Shown: positions 18,343 to 27,768 of the stretch, piece by piece | Numbering within the stretch: the stretch's first letter is position 1 | Layout: the number at the start of each line of letters is the position of its first letter | NCBI GenBank assembly: GCA_049324275.1 | Contig: JBMOLG010000006.1 | Location: 118,056 to 182,055, forward strand | Length of the DNA: 64,000 nt | From: Nanobdellota archaeon | Lineage (GTDB): Archaea > Nanobdellota > Nanobdellia > Pacearchaeales > GW2011-AR1 | Direction of reading: 5' to 3' | Notes under the pieces: generated by a model | Told to the model about the DNA's origin: nothing | The model's input: only the letters and a program-made list of their open reading frames with translations | The model's database searches: none | Translations under genes and position numbers: made by a program

Positions 18343-18789
18343 TTAAGAATATCTGGGATTCGTCCCAGGAATATATTCAAAGTTAAATTCTTCATCTTCC
18401 TGCGAACTTTCTATCAACTTATATCCACTTTGGCAAGAGACATAATGCGGATTTTTAAAACGATCCAGGTTGTTCTTACTGTAATCAAATTGATAGTAAC
18501 CCCATTTAACCAATAGAGTTCCTTCTTTGACTTTTTTTATGCCAAGATCTTTAAATGTCTCAAAAGGCACAGGACCAAGCTCATAATCAAAATAATCTAC
18601 TTGTTTAACTGTGGCCGAGGGTATATGGATTAAAGAAAGAGATGCGCCAAAAGTAAAAAAAGGGATTAGAAGTTTTGTTCCTTGAATACATCTAACATTT
18701 TGTGAGGCTAATGCAAATTCACCACAATGCACCATGTTATCTATATTTCCATGAAGAATCTTCTCTAATTTTTCCTTTTTGTTTTCCAT
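18343..18789 (-). CDS. hypothetical protein (148 aa)
   Basis: Start taken at MENKKEK, 1 nt after the stop of the upstream 64-aa ORF. The longer track ORF overlaps that gene. Confidence 0.45.
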   Translation of the reverse strand: MENKKEKLEKILHGNIDNMVHCGEFALASQNVRCIQGTKLLIPFFTFGASLSLIHIPSATVKQVDYFDYELGPVPFETFKDLGIKKVKEGTLLVKWGYYQFDYSKNNLDRFKNPHYVSCQSGYKLIESSQEDEEFNFEYIPGTNPRYS

Positions 18790-18790
18790 A

Positions 18791-18985
18791 TTAAATTTGA
18801 AAGTTAACCTCCTTATCCAGAACTTCTTCAAATGTTCCATCCTTTCTTCTAAGCTTATCAAAATAGCGGAATTTGCCCTCAGTAAACAGTTTTGCACCTT
18901 CATCAAGATAACTGCAAATTATTACTGGATCATCCAATTTAGGATTACTATTCCTTATTTCATCATATTTAGTTTTACTTATCAT
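18791..18985 (-). CDS. hypothetical protein (64 aa)
   Basis: ATG ORF immediately upstream of 18343-18789. Confidence 0.35.
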   Translation of the reverse strand: MISKTKYDEIRNSNPKLDDPVIICSYLDEGAKLFTEGKFRYFDKLRRKDGTFEEVLDKEVNFQI

Positions 18986-19041
18986 TTTATTTTACCATTC
19001 ATTTATAACAACATCAAAAACAAAACTATTTAAAATATAGT

Positions 19042-19058
19042 TCTCCTATTATAGGAGA
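19042..19058. promoter_or_regulatory. Palindromic operator candidate TCTCCTAT-T-ATAGGAGA
   Basis: Perfect 17-bp palindrome filling the gap between the TATA-like box 19029-19036 and ATG 19058 of paralogue C. Confidence 0.45.
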
Positions 19059-19813
19059 TGAATAATATAGAAAGTTTATTCCAAGAACTTGGATTGAGCA
19101 ATGCTGAAACTCAAACATATTTAGCGTTATTAAAATTGGGTGAAGCGCGGATCGGCAACATATTAAAAATTGTCACTGTCACACCATCTAATGTCCATGA
19201 AGCATTAGAAAAGTTAACAAATAAAGGCCTGATTTCTTACATTAAAAAGAATAAGGTCAAAGTCTATAAACCCTCCCCCACAAAATCTCTCAAACAGATA
19301 ATACAAAAATATAAAGAAGATATTCTGCGAAAAGAAAAAGATTTAGATAATTTATTGCCGCAATTAGATAATATAAAACACGAAATAGAGATAAAACAAG
19401 ATGCAGAAATTTTCTTTGAAATCCGCGGAATAAAAAGCGCCTTTCAAAAACTTTTAGCTGAAAAAATAACCGGCGAAGAATTCATTTTCTTTTATAATCC
19501 TTCTAAAGAAAACATTAAAATTGTTCACGAATTCTTCTCAAAGCTGGATCAGGATAAGGAGGCTTATAAAAAGATTTCTACAAAAGGGATTTTCAATCAA
19601 GAATATAGAAACTTGTTCAAACAAAGAAAAGATTCGAATATAATCGCAAAATTTACTGATTCTCCCATACCATCAAATATCAATATTTATAATGATAAAG
19701 TATTAATAATAGCTTGGAGCAAAAAGCCAATAGCATTCTTGCTGAAATCAAAAGAAGTATCACAAAACTTCAAAGATTTATTCAATAATCTCTGGAAAAA
19801 TTGTAATGTTTAA
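19058..19813 (+). CDS. TrmB-like transcriptional regulator, paralogue C (251 aa)
   Basis: LGLSNAETQTYLALLKLGEARIGNILK... and the C-terminal ...IAWSKKPIAFLLKSKEVSQNFKDLFNNLW. Confidence 0.8.
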   Translation: MNNIESLFQELGLSNAETQTYLALLKLGEARIGNILKIVTVTPSNVHEALEKLTNKGLISYIKKNKVKVYKPSPTKSLKQIIQKYKEDILRKEKDLDNLLPQLDNIKHEIEIKQDAEIFFEIRGIKSAFQKLLAEKITGEEFIFFYNPSKENIKIVHEFFSKLDQDKEAYKKISTKGIFNQEYRNLFKQRKDSNIIAKFTDSPIPSNINIYNDKVLIIAWSKKPIAFLLKSKEVSQNFKDLFNNLWKNCNV

Positions 19814-19935
19814 GTTAGCTTAATTTAGAAGATAAAAAAAATTCTTAAGGTTTTTTAGTATTCTAAAATACAACTTTGTAATTTAATTGGATTTCTGCTA
19901 TTATGCACATAAATTCTTAATAGATTTATGAGGCA

Positions 19936-21198
19936 ATGGAAAAATATAGCTATGCAAAAATTTTAATTTATTCTTTTTTTATAGCATTATCTATATATCT
20001 TATAATCTTAGTTAAGGCTACAGGATTTTCTAAGATTGATGCAATATATGTTTATTCAATTCTTATAACTACTTTTATGTTTAGTAGAGTAATGGGTTCT
20101 ATTTTTTATGAAAGCCCGGAACTTAATGAATTCCGCCCATATGTGACTTTTATTATTCCATGCAAGAATGAGGAAAAAGCAATTTATCAAACAATAAAAA
20201 AATGTTTCGAAGTAGACTATGATTTGAATTTGATAGAAGTAATTGCAATCAATGATGGCTCTAGTGACGATACCTTAAAAGAAATGGAAAGAGCCAAAAG
20301 AGACTTGCATGGAAGAGACATATTTATTATCAATTGGGAAAAAAATAGGGGAAAAAGGCATGGCATGGTTGAAGGATTTCGATTGGCTCGAGGGGAAATC
20401 TGCATCCAATTAGACAGCGATAGTTATTTGGATAAGGATGCTTTAAAACTAATTGTCGCCCCTTTTGTTGATTTTAAAATAGGTGCTGTAGTAGGGCATA
20501 CACTTCCTTCAAATAAAGATGAGAATTTATTAACCAAAATGCAAACAGCCTATTATTTTATGTCATTTAGGGCACTTAAGTCAACTGAAAGCATCTTTGA
20601 TAAAGTTTTTTGCTGTTCAGGATGTTTTTCAGCATATAAAAAATCTTATGTAATTCCTGTTTTGGACAGTTTTTTAGCTGAAAAATTTTTTGGGAGGCCA
20701 ATAGTTTTTGGTGATGACCGGGCATTGACAAACTTGATTTTGAGGCAGGGCTATAAAACTATTTATCATGATAAAGCAAAGGCTTTCACAATTGTTCCGA
20801 ATAATCTTAAATCATTCTTAAAACAGCAGGTTAGATGGAAAAAAGGATGGCTGATAAATTCGTTAAGGATATCTGATTTTATTGTCAAGGATGATCCATA
20901 TGTTGCTTTCACTTATTTCATTCCATTAATTGTTCTGACATTACTGACCCCTTTTATTGTTATTAAAGCACTTGTTATAAATCCAATTTTTTTCGGAATA
21001 ATCCCTATCCTTTATCTTGTAGGTGTAATGCTTGTTTCTTTATTGCTGTATTTTCATTATGGCTTATTCAGAGAGGAAGAAAACAAAAAGTATGGGAAGT
21101 ATATGTTTTTGTGGTCAATTCTTAATCTTACAATTTTGTCTTATATCTTAATTTATGCGCTTTTCGATTTGAGAAACATGAAATGGGGGACAAGATGA
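19936..21198 (+). CDS. Processive family-2 glycosyltransferase, NodC / hyaluronan synthase / chitin synthase-like
   Basis: AINDGSSDDT, QLDSDSY (DxD), FGDDRALTN (the GDDRxLT signature of NodC/HAS/CHS) and QQVRWKKGW (QxxRW). TM helices lie on both flanks. Confidence 0.8.
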   Translation: MEKYSYAKILIYSFFIALSIYLIILVKATGFSKIDAIYVYSILITTFMFSRVMGSIFYESPELNEFRPYVTFIIPCKNEEKAIYQTIKKCFEVDYDLNLIEVIAINDGSSDDTLKEMERAKRDLHGRDIFIINWEKNRGKRHGMVEGFRLARGEICIQLDSDSYLDKDALKLIVAPFVDFKIGAVVGHTLPSNKDENLLTKMQTAYYFMSFRALKSTESIFDKVFCCSGCFSAYKKSYVIPVLDSFLAEKFFGRPIVFGDDRALTNLILRQGYKTIYHDKAKAFTIVPNNLKSFLKQQVRWKKGWLINSLRISDFIVKDDPYVAFTYFIPLIVLTLLTPFIVIKALVINPIFFGIIPILYLVGVMLVSLLLYFHYGLFREEENKKYGKYMFLWSILNLTILSYILIYALFDLRNMKWGTR

Positions 21199-22088
21199 AC
21201 AAGAAAAAAATTTATTTCAGCTTTTTAATCTTATTTTTCTTATTTTTGATGATAGGATTTACATTCTTTTTTTATAAACTATGGTCCAGCAGAAAAATTC
21301 CTGAGAATAATTTAAATGTAATTACTTATGATTCGATTAAAAAGAAAGGATGTTATATCAATTCCCCTGAACCCGTAATAATCTTAAGAATCGACGATGT
21401 AAGGGCTTATTCACGGCCAACACCTTATGTTGTTAATGAAATCTTGAAAAGAAATATTTCTGTAACCCTCGGCGTGATTCCAAGAAGCTTGGAAGCTGAT
21501 AGAATAATGCAAAATTATCTTTTAAGCATAAGAGATAATCCTCATGTCGAAATAGCACAACATGGCAATGAGCATAATGGTTATGACCGTGAAATCTCCG
21601 AGGAATCTTTGTTGCATGGATATAATAAGATCGTTAAAATTTTAAGAGTGAAGCCGGTTACATATATTCCGCCATTTAATCATGTTGATAAAAATTCCCG
21701 AAGATTTATTGCAAACTATTTTAGGATAATTTCAGGAGAAGAACAAACGTTGAAAGAAGAAAGAAATTTAGTTGAAATTGGTTCAACAGTTTCTACATAT
21801 GATTATAAAAACCATAGATACATTAATAATTCTGAGATAATCAAGAAGTGCAATGAAAGTTTGGCAAGAAATAACATTTGTGTTATAACAATTCATCCGC
21901 AGGAATACGCTGTGGACATAAACAACCCTGAGACAATTTCTCCAACACGACTGAACGAACTGTCTGAATTACTGGAGGAATTAGAAAATCTTAATGCTAA
22001 TTTTTCAACATTCAGCAATTTAGTTAGATGCGACCACTGGCTTTCACTCGGCGGATTTGAAGAAAAAGCTCAAAAGTTGATTCATTGA
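21195..22088 (+). CDS. Membrane-anchored polysaccharide deacetylase-like protein
   Basis: N-terminal TM helix, then VIILRIDDV ... AQHGNEHNG ... ITIHPQEY, a deacetylase-type Asp/His metal-site pattern. ATGA overlap with the GT2 stop. An alternative ATG lies at 21183. Confidence 0.6.
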   Translation: MNKKKIYFSFLILFFLFLMIGFTFFFYKLWSSRKIPENNLNVITYDSIKKKGCYINSPEPVIILRIDDVRAYSRPTPYVVNEILKRNISVTLGVIPRSLEADRIMQNYLLSIRDNPHVEIAQHGNEHNGYDREISEESLLHGYNKIVKILRVKPVTYIPPFNHVDKNSRRFIANYFRIISGEEQTLKEERNLVEIGSTVSTYDYKNHRYINNSEIIKKCNESLARNNICVITIHPQEYAVDINNPETISPTRLNELSELLEELENLNANFSTFSNLVRCDHWLSLGGFEEKAQKLIH

Positions 22089-22089
22089 T

Positions 22090-22986
22090 TCATTTTCTTT
22101 TTTCTAAAAGCAAAAATGTGAGATCTTCCAATTCTTTTAAGTCATAAAGAAATTTATTTTGGCAAAAATAATTTTTTGAGCCAGGATTTGTAAAAATGTT
22201 TATTTTCAATTTTTCCCTTTCTCCAATAAGTTTGAAGGTATAAGACTCATTGTAAAATTCTGCTTCTTTAATCCTTGCCAAGTTTGGATTTGCAAAATTG
22301 GAATCTAAACTCAATCTTCGCATGCAATAAGGCATAACAACTATATCCACTTTATTAAATAAAATTGCATTGTCAATTGTTGAACAAATTTTTTCCAAAT
22401 AAATTTTTTCTTTTTCCAAATGAAAAGCTCCATTAAATGTGACTGGATTTGGGTTATACTGCTCATCATCTAGTTTATGTTCAAATTCTTTGTATAAATG
22501 AAGATGTTCCAATGTATTGCTTGAAACATTTTTTCGATCGTGAACGATAAAAAAGTCTTTTTCTACTAATTCAGAAATTTTATTAGTACCTATTGATAAT
22601 CTTTTAAACTCATCAAATTTAAGTTGAAATAAACTGATTGAATTCTGTAATCCTTCAAAAAAAGGCAATGGAATTTTTTCTTTGTCAAATTCCTTAAGAT
22701 AATTTACTAATCTTACCTTGGCATCTTTTGAAAAATTTAATGGCTTTATTTCCCGATAAACAAAAAAATCCTTTCCTTCGCTCCATTTTTCAGGCTTTTT
22801 ATTCCCCTCCATGAATTTTCCATAGTTTAACAATGGATAATCTAAATTTAAAAAATCTTCAGCATTAGTAACTTGATAGAAAAAAGGCCCTAAAACTGAA
22901 ATCTTAGAGGAATTGCAATTTATTAAAAAATTTGCTAACTCATCTGCTATTTTTTTATTTCCGTAAACATTCCATTTATTAAACAT
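22090..22986 (-). CDS. hypothetical protein (298 aa)
   Basis: ATG ORF with a TATA-like box 21 nt upstream. No motif recognised. Confidence 0.5.
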   Translation of the reverse strand: MFNKWNVYGNKKIADELANFLINCNSSKISVLGPFFYQVTNAEDFLNLDYPLLNYGKFMEGNKKPEKWSEGKDFFVYREIKPLNFSKDAKVRLVNYLKEFDKEKIPLPFFEGLQNSISLFQLKFDEFKRLSIGTNKISELVEKDFFIVHDRKNVSSNTLEHLHLYKEFEHKLDDEQYNPNPVTFNGAFHLEKEKIYLEKICSTIDNAILFNKVDIVVMPYCMRRLSLDSNFANPNLARIKEAEFYNESYTFKLIGEREKLKINIFTNPGSKNYFCQNKFLYDLKELEDLTFLLLEKRK

Positions 22987-23037
22987 GAAAGATCTATTAA
23001 AAAATTTGTTTTAAAGATTTATATTGAGAAAAGTATA

Positions 23038-23523
23038 TTATGTTTTTCCAATGCGCATAAAATCCATTAGTCTTAACTTTTCAAAACTATCAAGCGAACC
23101 TGTCAAAGAGTTTATTTTAATTCTGGTCATATTCAAATCCGAGGACATGCATGTAAGATTCCATTGATTATCCTTAAGAATAGCAATTATTTTTGTAATA
23201 GTTTTTTCATAATTATTTTTTTTATGGATTTTTTTAACATTGTCAAACAAATCAGGAATGTCTACCTTAATTTCATCTGCCAATTTTTCTGCATTCTCAA
23301 TTTGGCCTTCATCAATTTTAAAATTTTCAAAGGGATATTCAAATATTGCAATTTTTTTCTTTTTTGGAATAAAAAAATCCAGCTGATATTTTCCGTTATG
23401 TTCGTTGCCATTAAAGTCCAAGACAAAGAACCCTGCACTAAGATATGCATCTGGATTTTGTTTTTTGAATTTCTTAAAGTTTTCATTGTTATTCAACTCT
23501 TTCAAGATTTCTTTTAGTTTCAT
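23038..23523 (-). CDS. hypothetical protein (161 aa)
   Basis: ATGA overlap with 23520-23771. Co-oriented behind thrS. Confidence 0.5.
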   Translation of the reverse strand: MKLKEILKELNNNENFKKFKKQNPDAYLSAGFFVLDFNGNEHNGKYQLDFFIPKKKKIAIFEYPFENFKIDEGQIENAEKLADEIKVDIPDLFDNVKKIHKKNNYEKTITKIIAILKDNQWNLTCMSSDLNMTRIKINSLTGSLDSFEKLRLMDFMRIGKT

Positions 23524-23771
23524 AGCATCATTAACCTTAGTATTACAATAAGCTCTATTAAAGCTACAGTCACTAAGATATATCCTCCAACATTTAAATC
23601 AAATCCTAATTTGTCAAGTTCATCTTCTTTTAAATTATTGTTCATGCTTGGATTAAAGCTTAATCTTTCGGCCCGAGTGAATGCAACCGTCATAAATTGA
23701 GAAAAAAATATCATTCCAATTATAAAAGTTACAAGAGCCTGAACAAGCAAAATAAATCTACCCCATTGCAT
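23520..23771 (-). CDS. small membrane protein with two TM helices (83 aa)
   Basis: Hydrophobic segments FILLVQALVTFIIGMIFF and GGYILVTVALIELIVILRLM. It starts 12 nt after the thrS stop. Confidence 0.45.
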   Translation of the reverse strand: MQWGRFILLVQALVTFIIGMIFFSQFMTVAFTRAERLSFNPSMNNNLKEDELDKLGFDLNVGGYILVTVALIELIVILRLMML

Positions 23772-23783
23772 TTTATATTTTAA

Positions 23784-25493
23784 TTACTCTCTTTTATTAA
23801 TTTTTTTATTTAGTTCTGCTAATAAATCTTCATATTTTATGCCAAAACTTGGTTTTTCATTTCTTTTTCTGACTGCTAATGTTTCAGCTTTTTCCTCTTT
23901 ATCTCCAATTGTAATTATATAAGGAACTTTCATTAATTCTGCATTCCTGACTTTATCGCTGATAGTCGTTGATTCAAAATCCCCGTCAGCACGGATATTT
24001 TCTTTTTCTAATTTGTCAAGAATTTTTTTAGCAGCTTCAATATTTCTATCTGTAAATGACAATACGCGAACTTGAATTGGAGAAAGCCATAAAGGAAGGT
24101 TTCCTTGGGTATGTTCAAGTAAAATCCCTGTGAATCTTTCTAATGAGCCATAGATAACCCTATGGAGCATCACAGGACGATGTTTATTATTATCTTTTCC
24201 AATATATTCGAGTTCGAATCTTTCAGGCATTGAAAAATCCAATTGAACTGTTCCCATCTGCCATGTTCTTCCCTGACTATCTTTAATATGGAAATCAATT
24301 TTAGGTCCATAAAAAGCGCCATCTCCTGGATTGATTTTAAAATTGGCTTTTATCTTCTTTAAAACATTTTCAAGTGTAGCCTCTGCCAAATCCCAAGCTT
24401 TTTCATTTCCAATCCTTTTTTCTGGGCGTGTTGATAATTCAATATGATCTAATTTTAAATTAAATTTTTCATAAAATGAAACTGCTAAGTGAACTATCTT
24501 TTCAATTTCATCTGCCATTTGCTCTTCAGTGCAATAAACGTGAGCATCATCTTGCGTAAACTTTATGACCCTAAACAATCCTGCTAATGTTCCGGATAAT
24601 TCCTGGCGGTGAACGATTCCTAATTCTCCCATCCTTAAAGGCAGATCTTTATATGATTTTAAGCTATTTTTGAAAACTAACATTCCCCCCGGACAGTTCA
24701 TTGGCTTTACTGCAAAATCCCTATTTTCATATCTTGTCAAAAAAATATTCTCTTTATATTTTTCCCAATGGCCTGAAATCTGCCAAAGCCTTTTATCAAG
24801 AATTTGGGGCGTAGAAATTTCAAGATAACCTGCTCTTTTGTGTTCGTCTCTCCAAAACTTTACTAATTCGTTATAGATTATTAATCCATTATTATGCCAA
24901 AAAACCATTCCTGGCGCGCTCTCATGAAAGCTGAACAAATCTAATCTTTGTCCAAGGATCCTGTGATCATTTTCCTTTAACTTGGAGGTATCTAATTTTG
25001 ATTTTGAGATTTGTTTCAGTAATAATTTTGGCTCGTATTTTTCTTCTTTAGCAGTTTTAGTCTCTTTTTCCTGAACATGAATTTCCCTTGATAACTCCGC
25101 CAATGGATGCCCTTTGCATTTTAATTCAAATTCTTTGTAGTATCCAAATGGGGCTCTATAAACATTAACTTTTTTCTTTTTCAGCTCTTTTTCTGTTTCT
25201 TCCAAAACTTCTAATGCAAAATCAGGAGTTGAAAGGCTTGAAGATAAATGTGCATATGGGTAGAGAACAATCTTTTCTGCCCTTACTTTTTCTTTTATAT
25301 CAGTTATATTTGTTAAAAGAAGCTCGATAATCTCTTTTTTATTGCTTTCATCGGATTTTTCAACCGCTACGAAAACCCCCAAAGGCTCTTTTACTTCAAC
25401 TTCTTCTTTTGATTTGAGATTCTCCGGGTTTTTTATTGCTTTTTTCAATGCTTTAAACTTGATATAATCACAATGAAGAGCTAATATTTTCAT
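23784..25493 (-). CDS. thrS: Threonyl-tRNA synthetase with archaeal N-terminal editing domain
   Basis: The MKILALHCDYIKF... editing domain, a class II core (FRVIKFTQDDAHVY, RPVMLHRVIYGSLERF) and an anticodon-binding domain. Confidence 0.92.
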   Translation of the reverse strand: MKILALHCDYIKFKALKKAIKNPENLKSKEEVEVKEPLGVFVAVEKSDESNKKEIIELLLTNITDIKEKVRAEKIVLYPYAHLSSSLSTPDFALEVLEETEKELKKKKVNVYRAPFGYYKEFELKCKGHPLAELSREIHVQEKETKTAKEEKYEPKLLLKQISKSKLDTSKLKENDHRILGQRLDLFSFHESAPGMVFWHNNGLIIYNELVKFWRDEHKRAGYLEISTPQILDKRLWQISGHWEKYKENIFLTRYENRDFAVKPMNCPGGMLVFKNSLKSYKDLPLRMGELGIVHRQELSGTLAGLFRVIKFTQDDAHVYCTEEQMADEIEKIVHLAVSFYEKFNLKLDHIELSTRPEKRIGNEKAWDLAEATLENVLKKIKANFKINPGDGAFYGPKIDFHIKDSQGRTWQMGTVQLDFSMPERFELEYIGKDNNKHRPVMLHRVIYGSLERFTGILLEHTQGNLPLWLSPIQVRVLSFTDRNIEAAKKILDKLEKENIRADGDFESTTISDKVRNAELMKVPYIITIGDKEEKAETLAVRKRNEKPSFGIKYEDLLAELNKKINKRE

Positions 25494-25514
25494 GATTGAA
25501 TTACATTCAGGATA

Positions 25515-25522
25515 TTTATAAA
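25515..25522 (-). promoter_or_regulatory. TATA box TTTATAAA of thrS
   Basis: Exactly 21 nt separate it from ATG 25493. Confidence 0.6.
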
Positions 25523-25531
25523 TTTGTTGAA

Positions 25532-26629
25532 TTATTTACTCTCATAAATTTGTTTTATTTCATCTGCTGTTAATGCTCGGTTATATATGCGGACCTCATC
25601 AATAGTGCCATTGAATGGGACAGAGTAATCCCAAGTGTTTCCGACAATTAATTCTCCTCCTGCAGCGCCATTGCTATTGAGGTTTACCTCCCCTTTCTTT
25701 ACTCCATCTACATATAAAAACATCTTGTTAATCTGGCGATTTATAATTCCGGCGACATAGTGCCATTGATTATCAGCGTAATTTTTTCCAGAACTTAAAA
25801 TATAAGAATTATTATAAGATGCACAACCAGTTCCTGTATTAAAATTAAGCCTTATATTTCCTGTAGTCTCTAATCTTAAATTCCATCCCAGACAGCCGCC
25901 TTCTTTCCAAACAATATAATCATGAGTTGCCAAAGCAGGAGGAGCTTTAAACCATGCGCTGATTGTTTTTATTTCCCCCAAATCTGCATTAAATATTTCC
26001 CCTGCACCTAAACGAATATATTCTGGTGATGGGTTTGGGTCTAACCATAAAGCCTGTCCAATTCCATTTCTCCCAGACGTTACTGATGGGGTACCTATAA
26101 TCGTTCCATTATTTTTTCCAATTAAATCATAAGGATTGCCATCTAACCTCCAAATTCCCAAATTTTCCTGGGAAATCCCTTGAATATTATTGCAACTTAC
26201 TTTGTCTAAAGTTATCTTAGATGTTGCATCACAAACTTTTTTCTTATTTCCATTTATAACAATAGGAGCAACAGATATTTCTTCAGCCTGAAGATCATCA
26301 ATCAAGAAATAAAATGCCTTTTGAGAATTTTTTGCAAGAGATAATTCTCTTATGAATTTTTTGGAATTTCCCCTCGAATTAACAGTAAACTCTATTCCTG
26401 ACATGTTTACATCATTTGAACCTTTATTGATTCTTATCCCGATTATTTTAGATGAGCCATCAAAACATGTATAACCCTGTGAGGCATCGATTGTAATATC
26501 TGTGTCTTCACATAAATCAGATAAACCTGAAAAGAATTGATTGGTGCTAACCCATAAAAAGGTGACTGAAGCAACAGTAATAAGAATTATGAGGACTGTC
26601 GCAACAACTGTTGACACGCCTTTTTTCAT
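25532..26629 (-). CDS. Type IV pilin-like (class III signal peptide) surface protein with C-terminal LamG/concanavalin-A-like domain
   Basis: MKKG|VSTVVATVLIILITVASV is a typical archaeal prepilin/archaellin signal. The C-terminus (SAWFKA...WHYVAGII...MFLYVDGVKKGE...FNGTIDEVRIYNRALTADEIKQIY) matches the Laminin_G_3 pattern. Confidence 0.7.
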   Translation of the reverse strand: MKKGVSTVVATVLIILITVASVTFLWVSTNQFFSGLSDLCEDTDITIDASQGYTCFDGSSKIIGIRINKGSNDVNMSGIEFTVNSRGNSKKFIRELSLAKNSQKAFYFLIDDLQAEEISVAPIVINGNKKKVCDATSKITLDKVSCNNIQGISQENLGIWRLDGNPYDLIGKNNGTIIGTPSVTSGRNGIGQALWLDPNPSPEYIRLGAGEIFNADLGEIKTISAWFKAPPALATHDYIVWKEGGCLGWNLRLETTGNIRLNFNTGTGCASYNNSYILSSGKNYADNQWHYVAGIINRQINKMFLYVDGVKKGEVNLNSNGAAGGELIVGNTWDYSVPFNGTIDEVRIYNRALTADEIKQIYESK

Positions 26630-26663
26630 GTAAATTTATGCGGATTACATTTTATAAATATTT

Positions 26664-27620
26664 TTAATTTGTTAATGGAAGCGTTTTTACTTCACCTTCG
26701 TTTTCATATAAAATAATTTTTGATTTTTCTATATTGTTTTTAAATTTATTTTTGAAGTCTTTTAAGACGGTTCTAAATTCTTCTTCTTTTTCATAAAAGG
26801 CTTGTACAATGCAATTGTATTCGGAAATTCCAAAAGACAATGCATTGATATATTTATGAAATCTACAAAATTCTTTTATCTCATTTTGTCGTTCTTTAGT
26901 AAGATTATTTAATTTTAAATTTAACACACCAAAATAAAATCCTTGTTTTTCCATATCAAAAAGAATCTTTGTCCCTAGGATTACTTTGTTTTTGTATAAT
27001 TGCTTGAGTTTATATAGAACTAGCTCGCTGGATAAATTAGTTTTTCCCGCTATATCAATTATTCTGGTTCTTCCATTTTTTTCTAATAATTTAAGGATTT
27101 CAATCTCCTTCTCATCGAGCTTAATCGGTTTTTCTGGATTTATTACTTCGAAGGATTTTTCCTGATAATTAGAGTCGAAAGACTTCAATGGAAAAAATTC
27201 AGCATATGTTGTCAAAAAAATCGAATAATCTTCTATATCATTTTGATGTTTGGATAAAAAATCTGAAAAAACTTTTTCAAATTCTTCTCTGTCCTTGAAT
27301 ATACAATCTGCTACAAGGTCATAATCATTGAGAATTTCGCCTACTGTAATGACATTAATCATTTTTTCGAGCTCTTTCTTGATTCTTTCATGATTTTCTG
27401 CAACTTTAAGCCATATGATGATTAATTCTTTATATCCCAAAAAGCTATAATTAAAAATTGTCATATATTTCTTGATTAGCCCTTCATTCTCATATTTTCT
27501 CATCCTGTATTCAACTTGTGTTCTGGATATTTTGCAGGCTTTTGCTATATCTGTAAATGGCTCTCTATAATGATGGTAGAGATATGAAAGGAGTTTTTTG
27601 TCTGTTTTGTCAAGTTTCAT
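26664..27620 (-). CDS. Tandem-duplicated Lrp/AsnC-type regulator (two HTH plus ligand-domain units, 318 aa)
   Basis: LDKTDKKLLSYLYHHYREPFTDIAKACKISRTQVEYRMRKYENEGLIKKY and LDEKEIEILKLLEKNGRTRIIDIAGKTNLSSELVLYKLKQLYKNKVI. TTTATAAA at 27642-27649 lies 21 nt upstream. Confidence 0.6.
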   Translation of the reverse strand: MKLDKTDKKLLSYLYHHYREPFTDIAKACKISRTQVEYRMRKYENEGLIKKYMTIFNYSFLGYKELIIIWLKVAENHERIKKELEKMINVITVGEILNDYDLVADCIFKDREEFEKVFSDFLSKHQNDIEDYSIFLTTYAEFFPLKSFDSNYQEKSFEVINPEKPIKLDEKEIEILKLLEKNGRTRIIDIAGKTNLSSELVLYKLKQLYKNKVILGTKILFDMEKQGFYFGVLNLKLNNLTKERQNEIKEFCRFHKYINALSFGISEYNCIVQAFYEKEEEFRTVLKDFKNKFKNNIEKSKIILYENEGEVKTLPLTN

Positions 27621-27728
27621 GCTTAAGCTAATAATTTATATTTTATAAATATTGTTATTTTACAAAATAAATTATAGTTATTTTTTAGTTTTTTCATAAA
27701 TTTTAAGGTAAATATTTATTTATCTAAG

Positions 27729-27747
27729 AATAGTTGTTATAACTATT
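27729..27747. promoter_or_regulatory. AT-rich palindrome AATAGTT-GTTAT-AACTATT in the Lrp / orphan-gene divergent region
   Basis: 7-bp perfect arms. Low complexity, so only moderately significant. Confidence 0.25.
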
Positions 27748-27768
27748 AAATGATAAATTCAAGGAAAA

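Noticed and set aside
18293-18368. CTGGGA-TTCG-TCCCAG hairpin (18353-18368) and a related GGACTCGTCC element between the convergent aspS and 18343-18789
   Set aside because: The hairpin lies within the 3' coding end of the minus-strand gene. The stems are short and the larger inverted repeat is very imperfect. At most it is a weak terminator-like feature.
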